Positions 10,877 to 24,157 of a DNA stretch of 64,000 bases are shown here, in pieces (the first letter of the stretch is position 1; the number at the start of each line of letters is the position of its first letter). Position numbers and translations under genes: made by a program. The notes under the pieces are model-generated. The model was given only the letters and a program-made list of their open reading frames with translations. It did no database searches and was not told the DNA's origin. This stretch comes from Hyaloraphidium curvatum SAG 235-1 (taxonomy: Eukaryota > Fungi > Monoblepharomycota), in contig JAIVFI010000047.1 in NCBI GenBank assembly GCA_025558095.1, positions 42,421 through 106,420 on the forward strand. The letters are read 5' to 3'.

Positions 10877-13524
10877 ATGTCCGCGCCGCCGCCGATGGGG
10901 ATGGGCGGGCCGTCGCACCGCGCGGCGCCGGGCAACGCGGGCGGCGCCGTCGCGCAGCTTGCGGCCCACGCCGCGCAGCACGCGCCCGCGTCGCACCGGC
11001 TGCCCGAGCTGCTCGAGGCCATCAAGGCCGAGTTCCAGACGCTGGCAGACGAAATGCACGTCTACAAAATGCAGCGCGACGAATACGCCGAGAAATGTGG
11101 GCCCTCCTCCGGCTCTGCTTGCTGCCGCTGACTTGGTTTTTTCGCAGTCACGGCCCAGGTCAACGAGCTGAGCCAGATCCGCGGCAACCTGTTCGACCTC
11201 GAGCGGATCCACAACACGATCAAGCAGCAGTACGAGGAGGACATCATGCGGCTGCGCAGGGAGCTCGAGGCCGCCGGAATCAACCCCTCGGTGGGCGCGC
11301 GGCCGGGTGGCCCCCTGCCGCCCAAACCCGAGTTTGCTGGTGCGGCGCCCGCCCTGGGTGGTGCTGCAGGTGCGTCCCCCGCGCCGCACGAACTCGTCGG
11401 CCGCTGACCGTATCTCCATTTCACCAGGCTCCATTCCGGACTCGCTGCACCGCCCGATGGGGCAGCCTCCCGCGAACCAGTACATGAACGGCGGACCCCC
11501 TCCGCTCCCCCCCTCCTCCCTGCCCAGCATGGGTCCCGGCGGCACCCCTCCGCTCGGCAACCCCAACGACCCCAACAACCCGAACAAGCGCCTGCGCGGG
11601 CCCGAGGAGGGCTTCCCGAGGCCGCCGGGTCCGGGCACGCCGGGCGGCTCCCAGCCGTCGTCGTTCCCGCCGCCGCCGCGGCCGGGCGGGATGCCGCCTT
11701 TCGGGATGGATGTGAAGCCGCCTGGGCCGGGGCAGCCGCTGCCGAGTCTGAAGGATGGGCCCGGATTCAGGGGTAAGAGGGCTGCGGGACACCCCGGGGG
11801 ATCGGTCCCTCAATTTTGTGGCTTCCGCAGGACCGTCGACTCCCGGACCCGCTCCGCCTGGAGGCCTTCCATCCATGCAGGCATCAACTCCTCCCAGCAG
11901 CTCCGCTCCACTCGTAAGCAAGCAGCTTTTCGTTTCGTTGGACTGCCTCTCACCGCTTCGTCCAGCCCCCCTCCGCCGGCTCCGCCCCGCAGCCCACGAC
12001 CCCCGTCTCCGCCAACGCTCCCTCCAGCGCCGTATCGCAGCCCGTCACGGGCTTCTGCGAGCTGGATCCCGAAAGCGTGCCCGCGAATTACCGGAAGGAG
12101 GGCCCGGATTGGGTTGTTGTGTACAACCCGAAGCTGCCGCGGACGGTGAACGTGGAGCTCGTCCACAGCCTCGACCACCAGAGGTGGGTTGCTTTCCCGC
12201 GCGCGTTGCTCTGCCTCCTGACGCCTGCGCCCTAGCGTCGTCTGCTGCGTCAAGTTCTCGCAGGACGGCAAGTTCCTGGCCACGGGCTGCAACCGCGTCG
12301 CCCAGATCTTCGACGCCGTCACGGGTGCCAAGATCATGACCCTCGCCGAGGACTTCTCGCCCAAGGACGGCGACCTGTACATCCGCTCCGTGTGCTTCTC
12401 GCCCGACGCAAAGTACCTCGCCACCGGCGCGGAGGACAAGATGATCCGCGTGTGGGACATCCAGCGGAAGAAGGTCAAATGGGTGCTGCCGGGGCACGAC
12501 CAGGACATCTACTCGCTGGACTGGAGCAGGGACGGGCGCTACGTCGTCAGCGGATCCGGCGACAGGACCGTCAGGGTATGTCTGTCGGGACGCAGGCTCT
12601 GTCGAGGTGTGACAATACCGCACAGATCTGGGAGGTGGAAACCGGGCGTTGCCTCGTGACCATGATGAACGAGGACGACAAGACGATGAACCAGTTCCCG
12701 CGGACGCAGGCTACGTCCAAGGACTCGGGCGTGACGAGCGTGGCCATCAGCCCGCTCGATGGCCGTGTCGTCGCAGCTGTGGGTCTTGTCCGCCACGTTG
12801 TTAGCAACATCTAACATCCACTTTCAGGGCTCGCTGGACAAGATGGTCCGGCTGTGGGACGCGCGGACCGGGCAGCTTCTGGAGCGCTTCGACGGCCACA
12901 AGGACTCTGTCTACAGCGTCGCCTTCTCCAGTGACGGAAAGTCCATCGTCTCGGGCTCGCTGGACAAGACGCTCAAGATCTGGGACATCTCCCCCCCCGT
13001 CCTCTCCTACCTCGCCGCAACGGCGCACATCGACATGTCGGAGGACGGCCAGCCCCCCGACACCTTCCCGCGGTTCGAGGCCCTTGTCACCACCACGTGC
13101 CGCCACACCTTTGCGGGGCACAAGGACTTTGTCCTCAGCGTCGCGTACGGGGCCGTGTTCCCGTCACTGCCGCCGCAGAGCGAGGACGAGTGCCGCGAGT
13201 GGGTGGTGAGCGGGAGCAAGGATCGCACGGTTACGTTCTGGGACGCGCGAGGTAGGTCGTTTGCCGCTTGCCGCGCTTAACCTGGCGCTCAAACGCATCC
13301 TTGCAGGCCCGAGGGGACGGGATCCCGCGACGGTCACGCAGTTCATGCTCCAGGGTCACAAGAACTCTGGTGAGTGTTCTTGAGGCGTTTGCCTACCCTG
13401 GGTCTGACGATTTCGGACAGTTATTTCTGTCGCCCTGTCGCCGATCGGGGGAACGTTTGCCACGGGCTCCGGGGACTGGCGGGCCCGCATATGGAGGTAC
13501 TCGAAGCGCGAGGAGACCTCGTGA
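10877..13524 (+). CDS. TUP1: General transcriptional corepressor Tup1 (Tup_N helix + WD40)
   Basis: [30 protein letters not shown]; [23 protein letters not shown]; GHKDFVLSV; GSKDR; [14 protein letters not shown]. Confidence 0.95.
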
Positions 13525-13633
13525 GCGGGACGCGGTCCAGGTCTTTCGATCATGGCAATCGAGGCGCGGGAGGAAACTAGTCTTGCCGTGCTCTGTAATT
13601 GGGTATATCGTCGGGAAAGAAACAACTACTCCC

Positions 13634-14990
13634 CTACATGAAGAGGAACGTGCTGTTGGTGTCGTTGCCCGGTGCTGGCGGCGGCGAGGGCGCCGGCTCA
13701 TCCGGCTGCCCGTCGTCCGGCGGCGCGCCGGAGTGCAGCACCACGAACCGGAAGAAAACGACTTTGAACAGCACGGCGAGGCTGAACTGCGCCAGAGCGA
13801 TGAAGGAGAGCACGAAGGTCGTTGCCCTCTTGTCCTCCGAGCGCGAAGTGATGGCGTGCGCGTTCCGCAACATGAACGCCGCAGAGAAGACAAATGCCAG
13901 CACGATAAGAACCCATCGGAAAGTTTCCGATGGGATGATAGAGAGGACCTGTTTCGCGCGTCAGCGACGCCACGGGAACCAACTCGGCCGAAACTCACGG
14001 ATACGGGGATCCAGATGAACATCCCGTACCCGTAAATCATGACCAGCTCCAGGAGTTGTGCTGGTGCCGACAGCCAGCGACACAGTACCCAAACTATCAA
14101 CGGCACCAGGAATGCGTAGAGGTAGCACGTCGTGGTCGCAAACGACAGCAGGGTAAAGTCATACTCCAGCGGCTGGCCCCCGATGTACGACACGATGTTG
14201 TTTGCAATCGATGTCGTCACAAACAGGGCAAAGATGACGGTGGTTGGGATCCAAAAAGGTCCGTAGAGCTCCAGGTTGTTCTCCACAAGCTCCAGAAAAG
14301 AGCCCCTCGGGGCAAAGGTCGCCGAAATCCGTTTCAGTACCTGATTTCGCAGTTTTGTAGCTAGCCCACAATAGCAACAGAAGACGGCAACAATACCTGG
14401 TCGGAATCGACGTCGAACCATTGCTGGTAATATTCAATGTTCCAGAAGGAAGCATTCGACGACTCGGCGGACGCGTTCGCCTGGGTTGCCGTAAACGCGT
14501 ACGCGGCTGAAGACGGAACCGAGATCAGAATAAGTTTTGAGTCGCAGAGCTCCAAGCCGACACCGCGGGCCAGAGCAGTGCCACGCGCGCCGGTCCGTGG
14601 GGATCCGTGAGGAACACCCACCTCCCGAGCCCGTCGACGCCCCATTCTGCCCTCCAGCAACTCCACCGCCACCGCTCGCGCCGATTGTCGTACCTTGGCC
14701 ACGGGAGGGGCCGCTGTTGTCCGACAGGACAAAGTCTGAGCGACACGGGACCCAGGCCTTGGTGAGCAACAGAGAAACCAGGGCAGGAATGGCGGTCCCC
14801 ACTTTGAAACTGAAGCTCCTGCTCGGCCGTGCTCTGCATTCGGGGAAAGCAACGAGCCGACGGGCGCGTTGAATTGGTTGAAGTGATACTCCTTGAGTTG
14901 CCAGCTCTCCGGGCCCATGCCGCCACCGTGCCCCACCGAGAAATCGAGAATTGAATCCTGTTTGCCGTTTCCGGCAGAGGATCCGGCCAT
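13634..14990 (-). CDS. Yip1-domain Golgi membrane protein (YIPF1/2, Yip5-like)
   Basis: FWNIEYYQQWFDVD, ELYGPFWIPTTVIF, YGYGMFIWIPVS and several TM segments. Confidence 0.88.
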
Positions 14991-15194
14991 GGTCCCCTCG
15001 TTCGGTGGCACAGGACCGAGTGGTGAACCCCAAGAATGACGTCCCGTGCGGGAGCTGATCGACGATCGATGCGCTGTTGGCCGCAGCAAGGTCTCGGCGG
15101 CAGTCTCCTCGGAAGGCTGCCGTAGCCCTAATCGGCGACCGTTGCGCCAAAGTGCTTGACCATAACTAGTATCTTGGGCCGTCTGGAGCTCACG

Positions 15195-16235
15195 ATGGCC
15201 CTCCGCCGGGTGTTGGCGGCCTTGACCGTGGTGCTTCTCGCGGTCAGCGCTTCGGCGACCGTAGTCGACCTCGACGACAGCAATTTCAACAGCTTGGTAT
15301 GGAGCCCAATCGTCACGATTTCTCTGGCGGCTCGGCCTCGGCAGAAGTCTGCTTTGGACAGCTCTCATTCACTCGATCTCTCCGTTCCGCAGGTCCGGTC
15401 AGACGGGCCGCCGTGGATTATCAAGTTGTGGGTTTCGATGCCTGTATCGTCATGGGTGCCAATGTCTGACCTTCTTCCGTCCCATTTGGGCAACGAAGCT
15501 ACGCGAAATGGTGCGGAATGGGCGGTTTCCTCCGAGAATGGGACGATCTCATATGCCGGGGTTGGCCGCAGGTGTGGAGCCTGCCAGTCGATGGCGGTGG
15601 AGTACGAGGAGTTTGGCAAGGACGTCGACGAGGCGGATATGGATCTGCGGATCGGGCGTGTCGACATTGACGAGAACCCGATCTTGGTCAATCGGTGGAC
15701 GATCATGAGGCTACCGACACTCATGCACGTGCTGCCGAACCGCGAAGGTCGGTCTTTCTGGATCTTTGAGTTAAGTTCCACTAGTGACCTTCTTTTCAGT
15801 GAGGGAGGTCGAGCTGGAGGCTCGGACGGCGGAGGGCTTGATGAAGTACATCAAGGAGGAGCAGTGGAAGAACACCACCCCGAGATGGAGCATAACGGGT
15901 CCTTATTCCCTGTTTGGCTACTTCATGGGGTACATGGGATGGTTCGTGAAGCAGTTTGGGAAGATTGCGCTCTGGTTCGAGGCGAGGCCGTGGGTCCTTT
16001 GGTACGACCCGCGGAATTCGGCTCTTGACTGGTTCCCGACAGCGGGTACGAGACCGCCCTCATCGTCTCCATCAGCATGATCTGCCCAATCATAGTCAGC
16101 TACTCGTTCCATCGCAGCCGCGAGCGGGAAAAGGCGGCGAAGGAGGCTGCTAAGGAAGCGGCTCGCGCGAACGGCGCCAGCGGAAGCGGAGCCGCGGGAA
16201 CGCCGAAAAAGGCGAAGGCGAAAAAGACGTCTTGA
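15195..16235 (+). CDS. Transmembrane thioredoxin (TMX-like) with signal peptide and KKxx ER-retrieval tail
   Basis: Signal peptide; active site FYAKWCGAC assembled via a 12-nt microexon (15499-15510); RVDID..RLPT; ends KAKKTS*. Confidence 0.85.
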
Positions 16236-16487
16236 ATCTTGTATCGTTGGAATGAAAGAAACGAAGAGGCGATCTCGATCTCGGTGGGTGCCACGTCAGT
16301 GGAGTTTTGATGGGCGTGCGGACTCGTCGCGAGAACGCGTCGACTCCGCGAGTTCACAAACCCTCCGCCATCGCCCCTGTCCTCCGAATTGCACCCCGGC
16401 CGCGAGCTCAATAGGCAGAAATTGCCTTGCCGATGCCGAGGGCGACATTCAGCATGTGCGCATCGGCTCTTGGTCGAGTTCCGACGA

Positions 16488-17754
16488 ATGGACGCCTCAC
16501 TGACTCCCCGCCCGGCATCGCGCTGGGAAAACACCGCCATTGACCCGCTGCACGCCATCGATGTCACGGTGATGGTCTCCAGCGAAGATGCACTCGGCCG
16601 AGGCGGCCAGATTGTCGAATGCCGGGAGCACCTCAACAACCGCGGAAAGTACACCGTTCGTGTCGAGCTGCCCCCGGGCGGTGCCGAGCCCGCCTCCGTC
16701 CTGACGTAAGTCTGTCTTTGTATTCGACTTCGCTTTGTCTCAACTTCGTTCCAAAATCGGCAGCTATACGAACATCTCGGGGTGAGTGAATCAGCCCTGT
16801 GCAACGAACTCACTGTGCTCATCACGCGCTTATCAGGCACTTACTCGCGATGTTCCGGCGGTCCATGTCTGTTTCGAGCAAGGCTATGGTGCCGCCGACG
16901 AACGGAACGTCCGCCAAGTCGCCCGGCCGCCCCGAGATCGCCCCTGCCCAGCGTGGCGTCAAGAAGAAGCGCACCGAGGCCACTGGGAGGCAAAGGCGCA
17001 AAAGCACATCATCGCCGCCTCCTCCGCCTTCCGAGCACGAGTCTTCCAGTGTCCTGGACAGCGAAGAAGTAGGTTTCGCAGTCGCTATGCGCTTCCCCGC
17101 TCGCGAACTCATGTGAACCTATAGCAAACGGAACCTCCTTCGCCGAGCGACATCGAGAGGTACAGCACTCCGTACATTGTGTATTTGCGGATGCCCGAGG
17201 ATGGCCAGATCGAGGTCTTTGGCAATGTTTCGCTGGTGAGACCAGGGGACGACTCGTGGAGCCTGTCAATCTCTAAATCTTTGTCCTTTACTACAGGCAC
17301 GGATCGAAGCCATCCACAAGCAGGTTCTCGCCATGCAGTACGACTCGGACGACGACGACGGGGATGACCGGGAGCCCGGTGAGTTGGAGATGATCGAAAC
17401 GAAAAGTTTACTGATACCCTTTTCTATCGTTACAGAAGATGTGCTCGATGCGTGAGTGTTCTGACGGTCGAAGGTTCGGCGATTGGCCCACTGATTCCTT
17501 TACCAGATGCGTCAAGAGGGGAGGAACAATCATCCACGTTGATCCATTCCCGCTCGCAGTCAAGACCGAGCTTGCTGTTGAGGATGATGTCATGAGTGAA
17601 GACGGTAAGCTATCGTCGCGGGCAGATTCGATATGGCTGACCTCGTGAATCAGCAGATGCCACCGAAGGCGGCGCGGAGATGCCAGATATGTCCGCCCTC
17701 CTCGCGCTCAACCAACTCCTGTCTTCCAACTTCCCATCTCTTGTCTCTACGTAA
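16488..17754 (+). CDS. Hypothetical multi-exon protein with basic NLS-like (KKKR, RQRRK) and acidic tracts
   Basis: Successive GT-AG introns join exons in a consistent frame (ASVLT|YTNISG|HLLAMFRRS..DSEE|QTEPP..FGN|ARIEAIHKQ..). No family recognised. Confidence 0.55.
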
Positions 17755-17935
17755 GATACGCCGAAGTTGATTCTTGATTCACCGATCTGGGCGTGGGACC
17801 AACCTGGGTGTGCGATCAAGTCTTGGCGTGGGGCGTGGGGGATTGGCGAATACCATAATCAGGGAAAGTGCGTTCTATTGTAAAGCGTGCTCGCAACGCA
17901 AAGGAAATGCGAGCTTTTTGCTGGGCCTGAAGCCT

Positions 17936-20028
17936 CTAGTGCGTGAACAACCGCGTGCTGGTAAAGACGAGAACCATGCCGTTGTCGTTTGCGGCATCAA
18001 TGACGACCTGGTCGTTGACCGAGCCGCTCGGTGCCGCGACATAGTCCACGCCGGACATCTTTGCCCGTTGGATATTGTCCGAGAAGGGGAAGAAGGCGTC
18101 CGAGGAAACAACCACGCCCGAGAGTTTCTTCTTCCACTCCTTCTTCTCCTCGGCCGTCAGCAGATCGGGCACCGAGGCCGGGTTGAACAGCGCCTGCCAC
18201 GCGGCGAGATCCGTGATCTGGTCCGTGACGTAGAGATCGATGGCGTTGGCACGGTCCGGCCTCTTGACTTCCTTCTTGAAATCAAAGGCCAGGACCTTCG
18301 GGTGGTGCCGAAGCCACCAGTTATCGGCCTTGTCGCCGGCCAGACGGGTGCCTGAATGAACGAATGGTCAAAGCTTGAAAAAGAATGCAAGCCGCGACCG
18401 CTCACAGTGAATGCGGCTCTGCTGCCCGGCGCCCAATCCGATCGTTTGGCCGTTCTTGGCGTAGCAGACCGAGTTGCTCTGCGTGTACTTGAGAGCGATC
18501 GTAGCCACGATGAGATCACGTAGAGCGTCCTCTGGGATCTCTTTCTTGGCCGAAACAACGTTGGTGAAGAAGCTCTTCCCGATCTCGAGGTCGTTGCGAC
18601 CCTGCTCCAGGTACATTCCGTAGACCTGGCGGACCTCCCTCTTTTCCGGGACGTACGACGGGTCCATCTCCAAAACGGTGTACTTTCCGCCCTTCTTCTT
18701 CTTCAAAATCTCGAGCGCCGCCGGTTCGTATCCAGGAGCAATGATACCGTCCGAGACCTCGCGGGAGATGATCCTTGCGGTAACGACGTCGCACTTGTCG
18801 GAAAGCGCGATCCAGTCGCCGAAGGAGCTCATGCGGTCCGCACCCCTGGCGCGAGCGTAGGCGTTGGCGAGCGGGGTGAGCTCCGCGGCGAGATCCTCCA
18901 CAGCATAGACGTCCAGCTCCTCCTTCGAGAGCGGGACACCAACGGCGGCGCCGGCGGGAGAAACGTGCTTGAACGAGGCAGCAGCGGGCAGGCCGATCGC
19001 GGCCTTCAGCTCCTGCACCAACGGGTACGAGTTGAAGGCATCAAGGAGGTTGATGTAGCCTGGGGAGCCGGCGAGCACTGAAGAAAGGTGTGAATTGGGG
19101 GGACAAATGAAAGGAATCGACGAGCTCACCTTTGAAGGGCAGCTTTCCGTGCTTAACGTACACGCTGGCGGGCTTCTGATGCGGGTTGATGCCGTAGCGG
19201 AGCGGCTGGAACTGCTCTCCTGCCGCGTACTGGCCCCTGAAGTACCCGCTAATGGCCGTGTCGTAGTCTGAAGTCTGAGTGAACGCTTTCAGGGCAAGGG
19301 TCTTCCTCGTGGCCTCCGAGATGGTCTTGTTCGCCTTCAGCTCGGTGAGGAAGCTGGCGTAGTCCGCGGGGTCCGACAGAATTGTGACACGAGCGTGGTT
19401 CTTGGCAGCGGCACGGAGAAGCGTGACGCCGCCTACGGAAAGCTAAGTCGGGAGGAAGAAACAGCGCTTGACAAGGAACCAACCGATATCAATCTCCTCG
19501 ACCGCCTCCGGGATGGTGACACCCTCCTTTGCCACGGTCTTTTCGAACGGGTAAAGGTTGCAGACCACGTAATCGATCTTATTGTAGCCACGGGCCGCCA
19601 TGTCGGCGTTGTCAGAGGGAATGTCGCGAGCGAGAATTCCTGGTGACCGCAAAGAATTCCAATCAAACACATGGAATGTTTCCTTCAGTAATCCATCAAC
19701 GTACCGCCGTGGACAGCGGGGTGGAGGGTCTTGACACGGCCTCCCAGCATCTCCGGCGCCTGGGTGATGTCGGCGACATCGCTGACCTCCAATCCCGCGT
19801 CCCGGATGGCTTTCGCGGTCCCTCCAGAAGCAATGAGCCGCACACCGCACTCGGACAGGCCCTTGGCCAGGTCCAAGAGGCCGGTTTTGTCCGAAACGGA
19901 CAGGAGCGCTGCGGTCCCATTAGTTCCCACGCGAGTCCCGGAATCGCGGCGCGGAGACCAGTCAGACGCTGAAAAAATAGAATTCTTGCCGAGAGCGTCG
20001 TACCGTAGGATCCCTGCTGCGAAGCCAT
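17936..20028 (-). CDS. ADE17: Bifunctional AICAR transformylase/IMP cyclohydrolase (PurH/ATIC; ADE16/ADE17 family)
   Basis: [71 protein letters not shown]. Confidence 0.96.
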
Positions 20029-20161
20029 TTCGTGGGAGCGCGGGGATTGCCGTGTTTTTGTTTTGGTTCTGCGGCCGCGTCGTGCGTTCCAGCAGTGACT
20101 TGGCCGAGCCTCGAAGCATTCGCACCACCCCGCGGAGCCCTACTTCGGCGCGCGTTGCTCC

Positions 20162-23100
20162 ATGGCGGCCGGTGTTCCGCCCTCGCCGGCGATCGAAGCC
20201 GGCGCCGGCCAGCCCTCCGTGAGGGGCCTGGGCATCTCCTTTTCGCCGCCGGGTTCGGAACCGTCGCAAGACGAGATCGAAGACTCCGTCGGCCGCCAGC
20301 CCGCGGCACCAGCGCGCACCTCGAAAGCAAATGCTCCCTCGCAAGGGAGCGGCGCGGCCAAGAGGAGAGCGGCCCGTTCGCGCCTGACCTTCGACGACGC
20401 TGACGGGGACGATCGCTCGCCGCAGGTGCGCGTCCAGCGCGCTCTGCCGCCGGAGCACGAGGACTGGCGATTGACGCGTCTTATGCAGAGCAAAGGACTG
20501 GTCGCGCGGGCCAGGCAAGGGGCAGGCGGGGACGATCGTTCGCCGAGCCCCGGCCCGAGTCACGTAGCGATCAAACCGCTGGACCCGCTGGATTTCGAGG
20601 CATTCTCGGCGTTCGATCTCCGCATCCGGGAGGACGGGAACAATGCCTATGCCGTTGAAGGAGACGAGGATGCCGCGGAAGCGGACAGAGGACGCGGCGG
20701 ACCCGGGATCCGTGGCAGGAAGCGCACCGTTGCGAGCAAGAAGGCCCGCTTCGCCCCTCCAAGTCAAAACATGTACATCGACCCGTCGGCCTCGGTGGTG
20801 ACCTCTTCGGCCGCTCAAATCCGTGACGATGCGAGCCAGGCGTCGTCGGAGAACATCGCGGAGCAGGAGGACGTGCGGGAGGACGACGCGGTGAGATTCC
20901 TCGAAGCTGCAATTGCACGCCCGCTCAATGAGCGACTTTAGGTGGTACTGTGCCTTTTGCATCGCAAGAAAAGGCTGGGGGCAGCTGCTTTCTTTCCTGC
21001 GACACGTATTCTCTACCTCATGCAGGAATGCGAGGAGACGGACAAGTTCGCCGTTGCCCACCAAGGTCATAACCCCCAGGAGCCGCCCTTCTTGATGGTC
21101 TTTTTGATAAGTTCCTCCCATGCAGTGATCTTGCAGCTCCGACCTGCCCGCATCATCACCTCGTCCCGCTCGGACGAGTCTTTCCTGGACTTTCTCAAGA
21201 ACATCGAAGGCAACCGCGCCTTCATCGACGTCAGGCCCAGCACCGAGTTCTCCTTCCCCAACTCGCTCAACCGCCTCCTCACCGTCCGCATCCTCGGCAA
21301 CGGGTTCGACGTGCCCTCGTTCGAGGACCGAAAGGAGGCCGAGACGTGGCTGTCTGGCCGGATCGACCTCAGCACGCGAAACGGCGAAACAGTGACGGCC
21401 GCGGGCGCGCTGCTGGCGTACCTGCAGCGGTCTCTGGTGGCGGGCGACGCCCCGCAGCAGAAGACCAAGAAGAGGGGGAGAAAGCAGCTCGAGGAGGACG
21501 AGGACGACGAGGGGCCGTCGGTGCCCGAGGTGGAGCTCGAGGGGGTCGAGGAGATGGCGCTGGAGGCGCACCTGCAGATCAGCGAAGACACGCTGAGGTC
21601 AGCAATCCGGCCACAGAGCACACAACCTGCCGCTCATTCTCCGCGCCAACAGGGCCCTGTCGATCTTCATCGAGGACCGCCACCCAAGCATGCACAGCTC
21701 CCACCGCAAGGAGGGCCTCTCCCTCTTCGGCCTCCTCGACACCACTCTCACCCCGCTGGGCAAGCGGCTCCTCCGCTCGTGGTTCCTCAAGCCCAGCGCG
21801 GACCCGAAGGTGCTCCAGGGCCGGCACGACGCCGTGGCCATGTTCGTCAGGCCCGAGTACGAGCACACGGCGGACCAGATCCGGACGGCGCTCAAGCAGG
21901 TCGGAAACATCAGGGTAGGCTTCGTGCGTGGTCAGTTTCTGTCGGCAAAACTTACCGGGCTTCTCAGAGGGTCGTGCAGAACCTGCGGGTGCAGCCGACC
22001 AGCGCCGACTTCCAGAGCCTGCTCAAGTGAGTACAATCTTCCGCACGCCCCCTTTGGCACGCTGACTGTTCCGTCAGATTCGCCTACTACGCCATCCGCA
22101 TTCGGTCCCACCTCCGCGAGCTCCCACGAGGTACAACCATCGAGGCGATCGCCAAGGCAAGCCTGTCCGCCCATCCCGGCGGACAATGACCTGACTCCCG
22201 CCCCTGCCTCTAGTTCCAGGCGCTATGCGACGCCGCCAGCCTCCGCGAGATCGGCAGCCTCATCAACGAGATCTGCGACTTTGACGCGTCGGCCGAGGAG
22301 GGCAGGTTCGTGGTCAAGCCCGGGGTGGACGAGGAGCTGGACGAGATGAAGCGGACCTACGAGGGGCTGAACGATTTCCTGGTGCGTTCCCGCGCCAAGC
22401 GGTCTTCTGGGAGCGCTTGCTGATTTGTGCGGCGCAGACCTCGGTCGCGAGGGAAATGTCCGAGATCGTGGACCTGCCGCCGGGCAGCACCCTCAACTGT
22501 ACGCCTGCCCTCGTCCCCCATGCGCGCACTGCTTACCCGCATTCTGCAGGCATCTACTTCCCCCAGCTCGGCTTTCTCGTCACCGTCCCCCTACAGCCCA
22601 CATGGCGCACCGCCGCCGACTTCGAGATCCCGGGCCTGCAGTACCAGTTCTGCACCGCCAACACGGTCTACTACAAATCGGACCGCATGCGCGCCCTCGA
22701 CGCGGAGCTGGGCGACGTGCACGGCCTGATCGCCGACCGCGAGATCGAGCTGATGCACCAGCTGTCCGAGGCGGTGCTGGAGCACGGAGGGATGATGGTA
22801 CGCGCGTGCGAGGCGCTGGCAGAGCTGGATTGGTGGGTCGAACATGCCTCCGGGGCCGTGCATGGGACGGAACAGCTGACCCGATGCCGGGCGTTCAGCT
22901 TGCTCGCGTTCGCGGCCGCGGCGAGGAAGCACGGCTACGCGCGGCCAGCCATGACCGACGCCAACGTGCTCCTCGTCCGTGGGGCCCGCCACCCGCTGTC
23001 GGAGATCGTCGCCGAGACGTTCGTGCGCAACGACGTGAAGTTCAACGAGCCCGGGGGTGGGACGAGGGTGCTTATGCTGTCGGGGGCCAACTGCTCGGGG

Positions 23101-23981
23101 AAGAGCACCTACCTCAAGCAGGTGGGTTGCTCGGGCTCCGGGAGCGAGTGGATTGGGCTCATTGCTTGCGCGGCAGATCGCACTGATCGTGTTCATGGCC
23201 CACATTGGTGATTCTTGCCTGCACACGTGGTCCGTCCACGCCTGACCCTTTCATTCAGGCTCCTTCGTCCCCGCCGACTCGGCCGTCGTCGGCTTCACCG
23301 ACCGCATCCTCGCCCGCATCCAGACCCGCGAGACGGTCTCCAAGCACGCCTCGGCCTTCATGCTCGACCTCGTGCAGGCCAACCAGGCCCTCCTGTTCGC
23401 CACGCCGCGCAGCCTCGTCCTGCTGGACGAGTTCGGCAAAGGCACCGCGACGGCGGACGGGATCGCGCTTCTGTGCGGGATCGTGGAGCACTTTGTCGAC
23501 CAGGGGGCGGCGTGCCCCAAGGTGGCGGTGGCGACTCACTTCCACGAAGTGTTCCGGAACGAGCTTTTGAAACCATCGTCAATGTTGGGCTACAGCGTGA
23601 TGGAGGTGATGCAGGGGGGTTCGGCGGAGGAGCTCACGTTCCTGTACCGGTGGGTGGCGGCGCTGGGGCTCGGCGATCGCAGGATCGGCATTGACGATGG
23701 ATGGCAGGCTTGCGCCGGGGCGTGCGACCAAATCGTTCGGCAACTACGTGGCCGGCCTGGCTGGGATCCCTCGGCGCATCGTGGAGCGCAGCGAGCGGGT
23801 GTCGGAGAGCTTCGCGCGGTTCGAGCCCGTCGAGACGGTCGAGACGGAGGAGGACCGCGCGCGGACCGAGGCGGCGGCGCGGATCGCGAGGCGGTTCGGG
23901 GCCATGGAGCTCGAGGTGTTCGGGAGCGTGGGCGAGTTCCTCGATGAGGTGGCTAGGGAGGCCGAGGCCCTCGGAATGTAG
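20162..23981 (+). CDS. MSH5: Meiotic MutS homolog 5
   Basis: [45 protein letters not shown], Walker [29 protein letters not shown]. Confidence 0.92.
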
Positions 23982-24085
23982 GAGTTCCAGGGGTTGGGAT
24001 GGAGCCGATCGAGGTGATGGTTGCATGTTTGGGTCCGCAGCCGATTTGAGTTGCCCTCCTCGAACCGCGTCGACAGCCGCAGCCG

Positions 24086-24112
24086 ACGCGTTCCGCGCGA
24101 CGCCCCACGCGT
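24086..24112 (+). promoter_or_regulatory. Two MCB-like elements (ACGCGT) upstream of the Whi5/Nrm1-like gene
   Basis: ACGCGT at 24086-24091 and 24107-24112, plus further CGCG cores, within 75 nt of the ATG at 24158. Confidence 0.45.
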
Positions 24113-24157
24113 CCGCGCGTGCCTGAGGCCTCCGCGGGAGCCCGAATCGCCGGCACG

